From: Candidatus Latescibacterota bacterium
GTDB lineage: Bacteria > Latescibacterota > UBA2968 > UBA8231
Assembly: GCA_965243025.1 (NCBI GenBank)
Contig: CBDETY010000003.1
Span: 288,001 to 352,000, forward strand
Length of the DNA: 64,000 bases
Direction: 5' to 3'
A program made the position numbers and the translations under genes. The first letter of the stretch is position 1; each line of letters opens with the position of its first letter. Positions 9,985 to 20,149 of the stretch are shown piece after piece. Under the pieces are notes generated by a model. It searched no databases and was not told where the DNA came from. It was given only the letters and a program-made list of their open reading frames with translations.

Positions 9985-12900
9985 ATGGCGGGAACAACGT
10001 TCAAGACAATCGCCGCTGTGGGGTTCGCACTGGCCGCGGCCGGATGTGAGCCGGGGAAACCCCCGCCCGCCGCGGGTCCGGCCGCCGAGACCCGCAGCGG
10101 AGCAACTGCCGCAGGGGTTGTTTTCACCGACGTCGCCGCCGAATCCGGGCTTTCGTTCCGCAACCTGTCCGGCGGCGTTGACCAGGATCTCGTCGTCGAG
10201 TCCATGTCCGCAGGCGCCGCCTTCCTCGACTACGACGGCGACGGCTGGCTCGACCTGCTCGCCGTAAACGGCACCTCCCCGGGGGCTTCGCCCGGGGAGG
10301 GGAGAAACCGCCTCTTCCGCAACGAACAGGCCGGCCCCGGTCAGACCTCGCCCCGCTTCCGCGAGGTAACCGGCGGCACCGGCCTCGGCTCCCCGGAATG
10401 GGGAATGGGCTGCGCCGTCGGGGATTACGACAACGACGCCGACCCGGATATCTACCTGACTTACTGGGGACCCGACCAGCTCCTTCGCAACGACGGTGAG
10501 GGCGCCTTCGCCGACGTTACCGCGGCCGCCGCTGCCGGCGATCCGGGCTGGGGTTCCAGCGCCGCCTTCGGCGATTTCGACAACGACGGGCTCCTCGATC
10601 TCTACGTCGTCAACTACCTCGAGTTCGATTTCGAGAACCCTCCCGCCGGCGGCAGAAAACGGCGTTATAAAGGTCTGGAGGTGTTCTACGGTCCGATGGG
10701 GATTCCGGCACAGGCGGACAGGCTGTACCGCAACGGCGGGGATGGCTTCGTCGACGTCAGCGCGGAAACCGGTATCGCCGCCCATGCCCTCCCCGGCCTC
10801 GGGGTGGCCCTGGGGGATTTCGACGGCGACGGCGATCTCGACATCTACGTCGCCAACGACTCCGAGCCGAACCAGATGTACCGCAACGACGGCGCCTGGC
10901 GCTTCGCCGAAACCGGCACCGCTTCGCGGGTAGCCTTCACCGAGGACGGCAGGCCCCAGGCAGGCATGGGGGTGCACGGCGGCGACTACGACAACGACGG
11001 CGACCTCGACCTCTTCGTGACCAATTTCTCGGAGGACGTCAACACCCTCTACCGCAACGACGGGGACTGGTTGTTCGCCGACGCCACCTCCCGCGCCGGG
11101 CTCGACGGCGTCGTGCGGCCGTTTCTCGGCTTCGGCACCGGATTCTTCGACAGCGACAACGACGGCTGGCTCGACATCTTCGTCGCCAACGGGCATCTCT
11201 ACCCCCAGCTCGAGAAGCTGTCCTCCGGCCTGCGCTACCGGCAGCGGAACCTGCTTTACCGGAATGCCGGGGGACGCTTCCTCGAGGCCGGCGCAGCCGC
11301 CGGTCCCGGCCTGTCCGCTGCCGCGGTCAGCCGCGCCGTTGCCTTCGGCGACTACGACAACGACGGGGACGCCGACCTGTTCGTCGCCAACCTCAACGAC
11401 GAGCCGGCCCTGCTGCGCAACGACGGCGGCAACCGCAACAGCTGGATCGGGCTCGAGCTCGAGGGGGGCGAGAGCAACCGCGACGCCATCGGGGCCTCGG
11501 TGCGGGTGTCGGCCGGCTCTCTCGTGCAGATGCGGGAGGTCCACAGGGGGTACGGCTTCCAGGCGCAGCACGATCCCCGGCTCCTGTTCGGGCTGGGCGA
11601 CTCGCCGGAGCCGCCCCGGGTGGAGATCCGCTGGCCCTCCGGGAAAAGGCAGATCCTCGAAGACCTGCCCCTGCGCCGCTACGTCGCCATCCGGGAAGGG
11701 GTGGATGGATTCGTCGCAGGGCCCGTGAGGGAACCGATTGCGGCTGCCGCCAGCCCCGGACCCGCCCCGGCGGAACCCGGTGCTCCGGAAAAGGGACCTT
11801 TCCCCTCCCTGCCGGCCGCTTCGGCGCCGGCCGCTGCTTCCCCGGATTCTCCCGCTGCAGCACCGGGGCTCGATCCGGTGGCGCAGCGGTTCTACCGGGA
11901 GGCGCGGGCTCACTACTCCGAGGGCAGGCTGCCCGAAGCCGCCGAGGCCCTGGAACAGGCGGTGCGCGCCGACCCTGAAGGGGACCGGGCCTTCCTGCTC
12001 CTCGGGAAGACCTTCCTGAACCTCAACCGCGACCGGGAGGCGGTCGCCGCCCTCGAGAAGGCGCACGCCCTCGATCCGGGGAACTGGGAGTACTCCAACC
12101 TGCTCGGGGTCGCCTACAGACGGGCCGGCCGCATGGAGGAAGCCTTCGGGGCGTTCGCAACCGCGGCGGGGAACGCACCCTGGGCGCCCCGGCCGCACCT
12201 CAACCTCGCCCGCTTGTACGATGAGATCGGACAGCCCGGCAGCGCCGAGGTCGAGCGCCGCCTGTTCGAGCAGTGGCGGCCGCTGCAGCGGGAAAGCGAG
12301 GTCGCCCTGGACATGGTGAAGTCGAACCCCGACGACCCCCTCGGCCGCAGGAATCTCGGCCTCGCCTACACCCGGCAGGGGCGCCACGCGGAAGCCCTTG
12401 CCGAGTTCCGGCGCGCCTGCGACCTCGATCCGGACGACGGCATGGCCCGCTACGGGTTGGGGGAGGCCCTGCACCGGGAGAAACGGTACGCCGAGGCGGT
12501 GGAGAGCTACGAGCAGGCACTCGAGCTGGTTCCCGGGGATGCCGGGGTTCACACCGGTCTCGGCAGATCCCTCGCCGCTCTCGGCAGGGTCGAGGCGGCA
12601 GCCGAGCAGTTCCGGACCGCCCTGGCGTCGGATCGGGACCATGCGGCCGCGCACCTGGGACTCGGCGAGCTGGCCCTGAAACAGCGGGACGAAGCCGCCG
12701 CGGTTCGCGCCTGCGGGCGCGCCGTCCGGCACCAACCCGCCCTCGCCCTCGCCCACAGCTGCCTGGGAAGCGCCCACGCCGCGGCCGGCCGCTACGATGC
12801 GGCGGCCGCGGCCCTGGGGAGAGCGCTCCAGCTCGATGCGCGCCTGGTCCAGACCCGCTACGCACTGGGACTGGTCCACCATCTCGAGGGGCGTTACCCC

Positions 12901-13005
12901 GAGGCGGTCGGGGAATGGAAGCGGGTGCTGCTGCTGGCCCCCGCCCACGTCAAGGCGCGGCAGGGAATCGCGCAGGCAAAAAGGGAATCCGAGGCCCGGA
13001 GATGA
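9985..13005 (+). CDS. Lipoprotein: FG-GAP/ASPIC-UnbV domain, Pro/Ala linker and about 10 C-terminal TPR repeats (1006 aa)
   Basis: Lipobox LAAAGC; DYDNDGDLDL repeats; SNRDAIGA...LLFGLG...IRWPSG; AAASPGPAPAEPGAP linker; TPR pattern such as GLGEALHREKRYAEAVESYEQALELVP. Confidence 0.9.
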   Translation: MAGTTFKTIAAVGFALAAAGCEPGKPPPAAGPAAETRSGATAAGVVFTDVAAESGLSFRNLSGGVDQDLVVESMSAGAAFLDYDGDGWLDLLAVNGTSPGASPGEGRNRLFRNEQAGPGQTSPRFREVTGGTGLGSPEWGMGCAVGDYDNDADPDIYLTYWGPDQLLRNDGEGAFADVTAAAAAGDPGWGSSAAFGDFDNDGLLDLYVVNYLEFDFENPPAGGRKRRYKGLEVFYGPMGIPAQADRLYRNGGDGFVDVSAETGIAAHALPGLGVALGDFDGDGDLDIYVANDSEPNQMYRNDGAWRFAETGTASRVAFTEDGRPQAGMGVHGGDYDNDGDLDLFVTNFSEDVNTLYRNDGDWLFADATSRAGLDGVVRPFLGFGTGFFDSDNDGWLDIFVANGHLYPQLEKLSSGLRYRQRNLLYRNAGGRFLEAGAAAGPGLSAAAVSRAVAFGDYDNDGDADLFVANLNDEPALLRNDGGNRNSWIGLELEGGESNRDAIGASVRVSAGSLVQMREVHRGYGFQAQHDPRLLFGLGDSPEPPRVEIRWPSGKRQILEDLPLRRYVAIREGVDGFVAGPVREPIAAAASPGPAPAEPGAPEKGPFPSLPAASAPAAASPDSPAAAPGLDPVAQRFYREARAHYSEGRLPEAAEALEQAVRADPEGDRAFLLLGKTFLNLNRDREAVAALEKAHALDPGNWEYSNLLGVAYRRAGRMEEAFGAFATAAGNAPWAPRPHLNLARLYDEIGQPGSAEVERRLFEQWRPLQRESEVALDMVKSNPDDPLGRRNLGLAYTRQGRHAEALAEFRRACDLDPDDGMARYGLGEALHREKRYAEAVESYEQALELVPGDAGVHTGLGRSLAALGRVEAAAEQFRTALASDRDHAAAHLGLGELALKQRDEAAAVRACGRAVRHQPALALAHSCLGSAHAAAGRYDAAAAALGRALQLDARLVQTRYALGLVHHLEGRYPEAVGEWKRVLLLAPAHVKARQGIAQAKRESEARR

Positions 13006-14486
13006 GCCGGTACACAATCTGCGTGGCGCTCCTGGCCTGGTCCTGCGCCCCGGATACGGCAGAGGTCGACCGCCTGGTCGAACGGGGGAGGGTCCTCTAT
13101 CTGAACGGGGAATACGACGCGGCCATCGACAGCCTGAACCGGGCGGTAGCTCTCGACGACAGCCGGGTCCTCGCCTGCCTCTATCTCTCCCGCGCCAACC
13201 TGCGCCTGAACCGCCACGACGAGGCCGGGCGGGCGATCGCCAGGGCCCTGGAGCTGGACCCGGACCGGCCGTCCCTGTACGAGATCCTGGGAAACATCCA
13301 CGTCTCGCGGTACACCGCCTACGCCTACACGGAAACCGGGGAGGCCGATCTGAAGGCGGCGGTCGCCGCTTTCCGCAAGGCGATTGCCATGGACGGCGGA
13401 AGCTCCCAGGCGCACTACAACCTGGGCGTCGTGTACGGATTTCTCGACAGCACCCGGCTCGCCGGGGAATCGTTCGCCGCGGCCCTCGAGGCCGACTCCA
13501 CTCTGGGGGCGGCCCACAAGAAGCTGGGGATCATCCACAGGACCTCGGGCCGTCTGCGGTCGGCGGCCGCTTCCCTCGAGAGAGCGACGAGCCTCGCCCC
13601 GGATGATTCGGAAGCCCATTACCAGCTCGGCCTCGTCCAGAGGGATGCCGGCGAGCTCGAGAAAGCCGCTGCCAGTCTGGAGAAGGCGGCCGGGCTCGAC
13701 CCGGTATCCCCCAAGATCGGCTTCAGTCTAGGCAGCGTATACAACCGCCTCGGCCGCTTCGAGGAAGGAAGCCGCGTGCTCGCGGCCGCGGAACGCCGCC
13801 GCGAACGGCTCGGCCGCCAGTATTCGGAGGCGACCCCGCCCCGCGGCGGGGCGCTGCCGGTCGGATCTCCCAACGACCGCTACAACTTCGCTCTCGTGCA
13901 TGCCAAGGCCGGCCGCATCGAGGCCGCGGCGCTCGAGTTCCGGCGCACCATCGAGATCGACCCCGGCCGCGCCGATGCGGTGATGGGGCTGGGAAGGCTC
14001 TACTTCGAGACCGGGTCGCCGGACTCGGCGCTTCCGTACTTCGAACGCGCCGTCGCCATCGACGGGAACGATCCGGTCGCCCGCATGCGGCTGGGATGGA
14101 CCTACCGGGAGCTCGGAAGGCTGGGTGAGGCGAGGGAGGCTTTCGGCGAGGCCGCCCGGGTGGCCCCCGGAATGGCCGAGGCGTACCTCAACCTCGGGCA
14201 GATAGCCTTCCGCATGGGAGATGTCGAGGAATCGGTCGGCCATTTCCTGAAAGCGGTCGAGCTGAGACCCGACTACTCGCTTGCCCATCTGAGCCTCGGC
14301 GTCGCCAGGGTTCGCCTGGGCAGGTTTCGCGAAGCCGCCTCCGCTTACGAGCGCGCCGTGGAGCTCGACCCCGACGACGGCCAGGCCCACCTGTTTCTCA
14401 GCGACGTCTACGACAGGATCGGCCGCGGCGATGAAGCGCGGCGCCACAGGGAGCGGGCCCGGACCTTGGCCGATTCCCTCCGCTGA
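13002..14486 (+). CDS. TPR-repeat protein, probable lipoprotein (494 aa)
   Basis: ATG 13002 overlaps the previous stop (ATGA). Lipobox-like MSRYTICVALLAWSC, then continuous TPR repeats (AHYNLGVVY, AYLNLGQI, AHLSLGVA). Confidence 0.88.
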   Translation: MSRYTICVALLAWSCAPDTAEVDRLVERGRVLYLNGEYDAAIDSLNRAVALDDSRVLACLYLSRANLRLNRHDEAGRAIARALELDPDRPSLYEILGNIHVSRYTAYAYTETGEADLKAAVAAFRKAIAMDGGSSQAHYNLGVVYGFLDSTRLAGESFAAALEADSTLGAAHKKLGIIHRTSGRLRSAAASLERATSLAPDDSEAHYQLGLVQRDAGELEKAAASLEKAAGLDPVSPKIGFSLGSVYNRLGRFEEGSRVLAAAERRRERLGRQYSEATPPRGGALPVGSPNDRYNFALVHAKAGRIEAAALEFRRTIEIDPGRADAVMGLGRLYFETGSPDSALPYFERAVAIDGNDPVARMRLGWTYRELGRLGEAREAFGEAARVAPGMAEAYLNLGQIAFRMGDVEESVGHFLKAVELRPDYSLAHLSLGVARVRLGRFREAASAYERAVELDPDDGQAHLFLSDVYDRIGRGDEARRHRERARTLADSLR

Positions 14487-14513
14487 GAAGTTTCCCCGAA
14501 AAAGAGAAAATGA

Positions 14514-14542
14514 TTGATCCCCTCCGGGGGTTTTTGTACAAT
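14514..14542 (+). promoter_or_regulatory. Sigma70-type promoter of family C gene 1
   Basis: TTGATC-17 nt-TACAAT in an AT-rich gap, 75 nt upstream of ATG 14618. Confidence 0.6.
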
Positions 14543-14617
14543 AATCGAGATCCATAACCAAGAAATCGATTCCAGCCCCCTGCGGGGGCGCAAACCCGAT
14601 CCTGGAGGATTTTTCCC

Positions 14618-15544
14618 ATGCGCAAACGTTTCAGCGCAGCAGCGGCGGCGGCAGCCCTGCTCTGCATGAGCACCTTTGCATTCGCTCACGTACCGGCGGA
14701 CTTCATCGGCCTGTTCTGGCAGTGGCCGTCGAACCAGGTGCCGGTCCTCGACGGCGACCTCAGCGAGTGGGCGGTGGTTCCGGACGACTACTCGTGGACC
14801 ACGGACGAGGCCAACGCCAAGTTCTCCCCGGGGGATGGGATGTTCATCCCCAACGACACTCCCGACCTCGCTTCCATCGACTTCAAGGTCACCTTTTCCT
14901 ACGTCGACGGTCAGCCCCGTCTGTATTACGGGTACGAGCGCTTTGACGATGTCTGGACGAGTGACGACGACATCGAGATTTACATCGACGGCGATCACAC
15001 CGGCGGAACCTACTGGTCCGAGGAAGGGATGTCGGACGAGGAGGCTGCGCGCGCCAAAGGCCGCCAGGCCCAGATTTACCACATCTTCGCCGACGACGGC
15101 TTCCGGCTCGGCGGCGATCGCTGGAACTGGTTCTGGATGACCCAGGGTGACTGGCATGAGCAGCCCCCCTGGTCCGACATCGGGTATCAGTACGAGGGGA
15201 CCCCGGGCTCGTTTCAGGAGGTAACCATGTCGGTGGAGTTCTATGAGACAGTCTGGGACGACTTCAACTGGCAGGATCCCGACGGCAGCATTCAGCACGT
15301 GATGAGGGAAGGTGAGATCATCGGCCACGGCATCAACTTGTGGGAGTTCGACGGGACCGAGGAGACCTACCGCACCGATGGCTGCGAATGCGGCGCCACA
15401 TGGTCGGACAACACCGCCGGAGAGACCTGGGTCGACGCCAGTTTCTTCCCCGACTACCTCCTCGACGAAGTGCAGACGGACCTCATAGGCACAGCCGTCG
15501 AAGAGGACAGCTGGGGCAACATCAAGGCCTCGATGAGGAGGTAA
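14618..15544 (+). CDS. Family C secreted protein 1: CBM9/DOMON-like fold, C-terminal TAVEEDSWGNIKA tail (308 aa)
   Basis: GGAGG RBS; signal peptide ending AFA|HV; PVLDGDLSEW and IDGDHTGG motifs; very acidic; paralog of 39596..40534. Fold assignment is inference. Confidence 0.8.
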   Translation: MRKRFSAAAAAAALLCMSTFAFAHVPADFIGLFWQWPSNQVPVLDGDLSEWAVVPDDYSWTTDEANAKFSPGDGMFIPNDTPDLASIDFKVTFSYVDGQPRLYYGYERFDDVWTSDDDIEIYIDGDHTGGTYWSEEGMSDEEAARAKGRQAQIYHIFADDGFRLGGDRWNWFWMTQGDWHEQPPWSDIGYQYEGTPGSFQEVTMSVEFYETVWDDFNWQDPDGSIQHVMREGEIIGHGINLWEFDGTEETYRTDGCECGATWSDNTAGETWVDASFFPDYLLDEVQTDLIGTAVEEDSWGNIKASMRR

Positions 15545-15580
15545 AAGTCCGGCTCTGCCGGAAGAAACAGCAGCAGAACG

Positions 15581-15621
15581 AGAAAAGCGGGGGTGCCGCA
15601 CGGCACTCCCGCTTTCTTGTT
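15581..15621. terminator. Bidirectional intrinsic terminator between convergent genes
   Basis: Stem AAAGCGGGGGTGCC / GGCACTCCCGCTTT with a 4-nt loop, A-rich on the left and T-rich on the right. Confidence 0.8.
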
Positions 15622-15652
15622 GGCCTGAGGGAAGTTTCCTCCAGATTTCCCT

Positions 15653-17302
15653 TCAGCGCAGGTACGTCCTCGCCCCGTATTTCCGCCGCAGTCCGCGCGC
15701 GTACTCGACGAAGCCTCGCCTCAGGGCATCTATCCGCAGGTACCCGCTCGCGCGCCTCCGGGATTCGTCGTCGAACGGCTTCATCTCCGGGGGCCGGTTC
15801 TCGACGACCTTGAAGACGGAAAAGCCGTTCTCCAACCGGACCGGACCCACGACCTGCCCCACCCTGGTTCCTTTCGCCTCCTTGTACAGTTCGCGCAAAG
15901 GGCTGCGTTTGGTGAGCTCGATCAGCCCGTCGTGGTGAGCAACCCCCTCGCGAATGGTGTGCAGGCGGGCGAGCTCCGCGGCGTCCTCTCCGGCGTCGAG
16001 CCTGTCCCGCAGCTGCCGGGCAAGTTCCCTGAAGGCGACGAGGATTTCGATGACAACGACCTCCTCCCACGTCTGGAATTTCTCGGGATGAGCCTCGTAG
16101 TAGGCGAAGGACTCGGCCGCGGAAGGGGGTGGAATCCGGTCGTCGACACCCCGCTTGCGGAGGGTGCTCAGGATCAGGTCGTCCCGTTTGTCCGCAACCG
16201 CCGCTTCGAGCTCGGGATCCTCCTCCCCCCGGGTCAGGCGTTTCATCTCTTCCAGGAATAGCCGTGCGGGTATTGCCCGTTCCCGCAGGAGCGACTCGAG
16301 GAGACCGGGCTGGTCCCTCATTTCCGGATTGAGGTTGGCTTCGGGAACGAGGGTGACGAAATCCTCGAACGACAGGTTCCCCCCTTCGTACAGGCACAGG
16401 ATGCCGTCGGGCAGAGGGGAGGATTCGAGCCCCGCCGCCGCGAACTCACCGAACAGATCGTGGAGCCGGCCGGTTTCACGGGGGGAATAGGCCTCGTCCA
16501 GGGAATCGAGCAGGGCCTTGCGCCGGGCCTTCAGCTTGACCTGGTAGAGTTCGCCGATCCAGGGATGGCGGGAGCGGGCGTCCGCCAGGGAAGGGGAAAC
16601 CGGACCCAGATTGACCGGGATTTCGTCGGTAACCCTGATGACGGCGTAGTTGGTGGCGCCCTTGTAGAAAAACGGGATCGGCTCGGAGAGTTCACCGACC
16701 TCGAGCTCGAAAATGCCGTGCAGGGCCTCGACGATTCCGTCCTTCTTCAGGTACTCCATGCTGTCTCCCCCGGTCTCCCGGGCCGGGTCGTAGAGAGAGC
16801 GCTCCCGCGACATCCCGGCGAAATCCGCCCCGGCGTGCAGGGCCTGAATCGCCTCTTCCGCCTCCTTCCTGGTCGGCAGCAGCATCCCGGAGATGCGCAG
16901 GGCCCGGTCCCGGTGCGTCTCCCTGAAAAAGGCCAGAATCTCCTCTTCGGACAGCGAAACCTTCTGCGTCACTTCGCGGTACACGTACATCTTGATCAAC
17001 TGGTCCTTGCGGAAGCGCTCCACCGCTCTCCCGAGCCAGGCCTCTTCGCCGACCCCCTGTTCCTGCGCCTCCATCAGCAGGGCCTTCTTGTCGACGAGGG
17101 ATCTCAGCAGGGCGCTGTCCGAGTGCGCGGGGGCCTCCGGTGAGAGTGTTCTTTTGACCGATGACCTGAACCGCTCCAGGTCGGCGCGGGTGATCTCCTC
17201 GCCGGCGATCTCCGCAACCACTTCCTCCGGCTCGGCCCCGGCGCGGGTCCATGGGAACAACAGGGCTGCGGCGGACAGGGTCCACCACCATCTGCTGCGC
17301 AT
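15653..17302 (-). CDS. SurA/PrsA-like periplasmic peptidyl-prolyl isomerase/foldase with two rotamase domains (549 aa)
   Basis: Signal peptide MRSRWWWTLSAAALLFPWTRAGA; VVAEIAGEEIT; GADFAGMSRERS...GGD; second domain GEDAAELARLHT...GQVVGPVRLENGFSVFKV. The start could be 17311 or 17323. Confidence 0.8.
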   Translation of the reverse strand: MRSRWWWTLSAAALLFPWTRAGAEPEEVVAEIAGEEITRADLERFRSSVKRTLSPEAPAHSDSALLRSLVDKKALLMEAQEQGVGEEAWLGRAVERFRKDQLIKMYVYREVTQKVSLSEEEILAFFRETHRDRALRISGMLLPTRKEAEEAIQALHAGADFAGMSRERSLYDPARETGGDSMEYLKKDGIVEALHGIFELEVGELSEPIPFFYKGATNYAVIRVTDEIPVNLGPVSPSLADARSRHPWIGELYQVKLKARRKALLDSLDEAYSPRETGRLHDLFGEFAAAGLESSPLPDGILCLYEGGNLSFEDFVTLVPEANLNPEMRDQPGLLESLLRERAIPARLFLEEMKRLTRGEEDPELEAAVADKRDDLILSTLRKRGVDDRIPPPSAAESFAYYEAHPEKFQTWEEVVVIEILVAFRELARQLRDRLDAGEDAAELARLHTIREGVAHHDGLIELTKRSPLRELYKEAKGTRVGQVVGPVRLENGFSVFKVVENRPPEMKPFDDESRRRASGYLRIDALRRGFVEYARGLRRKYGARTYLR

Positions 17303-17372
17303 TTGCACCATTCCTTCCGTCATGGGAAAGCCCCTTCCGGAAGAAGGGGCCCGAGTGAAACAGACCAGTTCT

Positions 17373-20063
17373 TCAGTAGGCGACTGCGATCGTCCTCGCC
17401 GCGTGGGTGTCCTCCACGCCGGTTCCTTCGGTGGCCGTATCCAACCCCAGCCGCACCGTGTACAGCCCCGGAGGGACCAGGTTTCCCGACTCGTCGAGAC
17501 CGTCCCAGGAAATCGCGTAGCGGCCCGCGCTGACGTCGCGGCGTTCCTGGATGCGGCGCAGGAGGCGGCCTGCGAGATCGAAAATCTCCACCTCGGCGGG
17601 GCTGCCGGGGCCCACCATGACCACCGAAAACTCGAACAGGGCGGCGTCGTTGATCCCGTCCCCGTTGGGCGTGAACAGGCCGGGGGCCTGCAATCCCCGA
17701 AGCAGGCCGCCCCCGCCGCCGCTTTCGGCCACCACGAGCAGCGAGTTCCCGTCTGCCAGCCCGGTGGCGTCGCCGACATCGATCCGCTGCCAGAACTCCC
17801 CGGCGGAGTTGCGCAGCCAGGGCTCCAGGCGTCCCCCCGAGGAGTAGAGCGTTGCGGGAAAATCGAGGCGCACGAGGTCCACTCCCGATTCGACAAGGGG
17901 AAACCGCACCAGCAGGCTGTCTCCGAAGCCCGCAACCTCCGCCCCCGCCACCAGGAGTTCGCCCGGATCGTTCGCGGCGGCCTCGAACTGGGAAGCGCGG
18001 CCGGCGTACATCCTCACCCTGTCGCGCGCCGTCTCCTCCTCTCCGAGCACCATGCCCGAAGGCGGCCGGATCAGGAGCTCGTCGAAGCCGGTCTCCAGGG
18101 CGTCGACGGCGACGTGAAGGGTGAAGCGGCGCTCGATTCCGAGAGTATCGACCCGGGTGGGAGCCACTTCTCCGAACAGCCGGCTGGCGACCGGTTCGGC
18201 GAAATGCAGTCGCAACGACCGCAAGGTCGCGGCGGTGTCCTGTCGGTCAGAGAGCAGGGAGGCCCGGATTTTCAGGATCTTTCGCGGCGACGGCGACTCG
18301 ATCAGGCTTCCGGCCGGATCTTCGTAGCGGGTGCTCCACGGCGACCACTCGGGACCCTCCTCGTAAATCACCCTCTTGTCCTTGTTCTTGGTAAAGCTCT
18401 TCTGTCCCCGGCTGTAGAATTTGTCCGCCCCTTCCTGCCCCCGCCCGTAGAGCAACCCGTCGTCCCGGAAGTACAGGGTGTCGGGGATCAGCACGTTTCC
18501 CGTTTTCGTCTGCAGCACCACCTGGGTTCCCGGCGGCGTGTCCGCCTCCCACTCGATGGCGGTCAGGTTGCGGCTCCCAGGCAGCTCGATGGGATTCGAC
18601 AGCAGCTCCACCTCGGGATGGTATCCCGACCCGAACAACTGCATTTCCGTCAGCGGGTGGACGCCGCTGCAGTTCCGGATATCCCAGGCGAAGCGGAAGA
18701 AACGCGCCTTGACGGGATCGAAATCGTGGCGCCTCAGGCGCATGCCGCTCGCGGGAACGCCTGAGAAGCTCTCGTCCTCCGCCCTGTTGTAGACCACTGT
18801 CGCCGTCCAGGCGAAACCGCCGTTGGCCTGCCTCGCCCCGTCGGAGAAATCGAGGCGGTAGCTGCAGTACTCCTGCACCGCGGCGGCGGACCGGAAGTTG
18901 GCAACCATGCGGTAGGCGTCGATCCAGTACCACGAGCCCAGATCGAAGAACAGCTCGTCCTCGTTCCTCTGGTCCCGGGTGTGCAGGGGAAAGTTGAAAC
19001 CCGTCTCCACGTCTCCGTCGAAGAGGATGTCGGCGCTGAAGTCGTGGTCAATGGCGATCTGTCCTCCCCGGTCCGCGACCCCCTGGATGATCTCGTCCCC
19101 GGATCCCCAGACCTCCAGCTCGGCCAGCCTCGGGCGCTCGCGCTCGAAATAGCGGATCGGGCCCCGGCGGGCCGGTTCGAGCTGCTCCCACACCTCCGGG
19201 GAAACGGCGACTTCCCTGCCGTCCGGCAGTCTCTTGGTGTGCTCGACGAACCCCCGGTCCGCCGGTGCGAGGTTCTCCCAGGCCGCCAGTCCCTCTTCCC
19301 CTTCTCCGACGACCCGCCCCCGGTCGAGGTCGCTGTCGCGGACCACGATCTGCAGGAAGCGGCCGAGGGGATCGATCTGGCCTGGGGCGGTCTGCGAGAG
19401 GTCGAGATCGAACACCCGCCGGGTCTTGTTGGGCACCAGGGTCTGAATCACCGGGACGTAATCGCGGACGTCGCCCTGTTTCGCGGTCGGAGGCTTCAGC
19501 CCGCTGGACACCAGCAGATCGAAAAGCAGGAATGGATCCCCCTCCCCCTCGGGGGCGAACCGCAGGACGATGCGGTCGATGATGACCAGGCGTCCGAGGT
19601 CGACGGTGAACCACCATTGCGAGGGCAGGTCGACGTCTCCCGAGGGCGGGGCCGGCTCCCAGAAGGTCGACATGTCTCCGTCGAGCACATTGACGACCTC
19701 GTCGCGGTTGGTTCCGGCCTCGATCCCGTCGAGCAGCTCGATCTGGGACCGGTCCTTGTCCCTGACGTTTTCGGGGGGATGGAGGCGGAGAAAGTCGACG
19801 ATATCGAGGCAGGCGTTGGTGTTTTTTCTCAGCCTGCCGGATCGGACCCCGGCGTCGGTGACTTCGATGGTTCCGGCGGGGAATATCCATTCCCGCCAGA
19901 GGTCCGGCCGGTCGACGACGATCTGGTCTCCCCCGGCCCTTCTGTATCCCTGCTGTCCTCCCGCATCGGTGAGATTCGGGGGCAGGAGAAGGGAAGCGGC
20001 ACCCGCCAGGGAACCGGCGAGAAGGAGGCCGTTCAGGGTCCGGGAACGGATTCTCATTGCCAT
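17373..20063 (-). CDS. Family B secreted protein, B1 subtype: discoidin-like domains + C-terminal FlgD-Ig/T9SS-like domain (896 aa)
   Basis: Signal peptide; LDGDMSTFWEP and VDLGR discoidin-like motifs; WSPWS; GFDELLI; C-terminus FTPNGDGIND...DLAGR...WDG...PPGLY...IAVAY. Confidence 0.8.
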   Translation of the reverse strand: MAMRIRSRTLNGLLLAGSLAGAASLLLPPNLTDAGGQQGYRRAGGDQIVVDRPDLWREWIFPAGTIEVTDAGVRSGRLRKNTNACLDIVDFLRLHPPENVRDKDRSQIELLDGIEAGTNRDEVVNVLDGDMSTFWEPAPPSGDVDLPSQWWFTVDLGRLVIIDRIVLRFAPEGEGDPFLLFDLLVSSGLKPPTAKQGDVRDYVPVIQTLVPNKTRRVFDLDLSQTAPGQIDPLGRFLQIVVRDSDLDRGRVVGEGEEGLAAWENLAPADRGFVEHTKRLPDGREVAVSPEVWEQLEPARRGPIRYFERERPRLAELEVWGSGDEIIQGVADRGGQIAIDHDFSADILFDGDVETGFNFPLHTRDQRNEDELFFDLGSWYWIDAYRMVANFRSAAAVQEYCSYRLDFSDGARQANGGFAWTATVVYNRAEDESFSGVPASGMRLRRHDFDPVKARFFRFAWDIRNCSGVHPLTEMQLFGSGYHPEVELLSNPIELPGSRNLTAIEWEADTPPGTQVVLQTKTGNVLIPDTLYFRDDGLLYGRGQEGADKFYSRGQKSFTKNKDKRVIYEEGPEWSPWSTRYEDPAGSLIESPSPRKILKIRASLLSDRQDTAATLRSLRLHFAEPVASRLFGEVAPTRVDTLGIERRFTLHVAVDALETGFDELLIRPPSGMVLGEEETARDRVRMYAGRASQFEAAANDPGELLVAGAEVAGFGDSLLVRFPLVESGVDLVRLDFPATLYSSGGRLEPWLRNSAGEFWQRIDVGDATGLADGNSLLVVAESGGGGGLLRGLQAPGLFTPNGDGINDAALFEFSVVMVGPGSPAEVEIFDLAGRLLRRIQERRDVSAGRYAISWDGLDESGNLVPPGLYTVRLGLDTATEGTGVEDTHAARTIAVAY

Positions 20064-20149
20064 CCCTCAGTAGTTCCCATGTGCCTGCGGCACAACCCGA
20101 TACATGAAACGGCGACTCTTCATGGGCAATTCCCCGCAGCGCGATTTCC

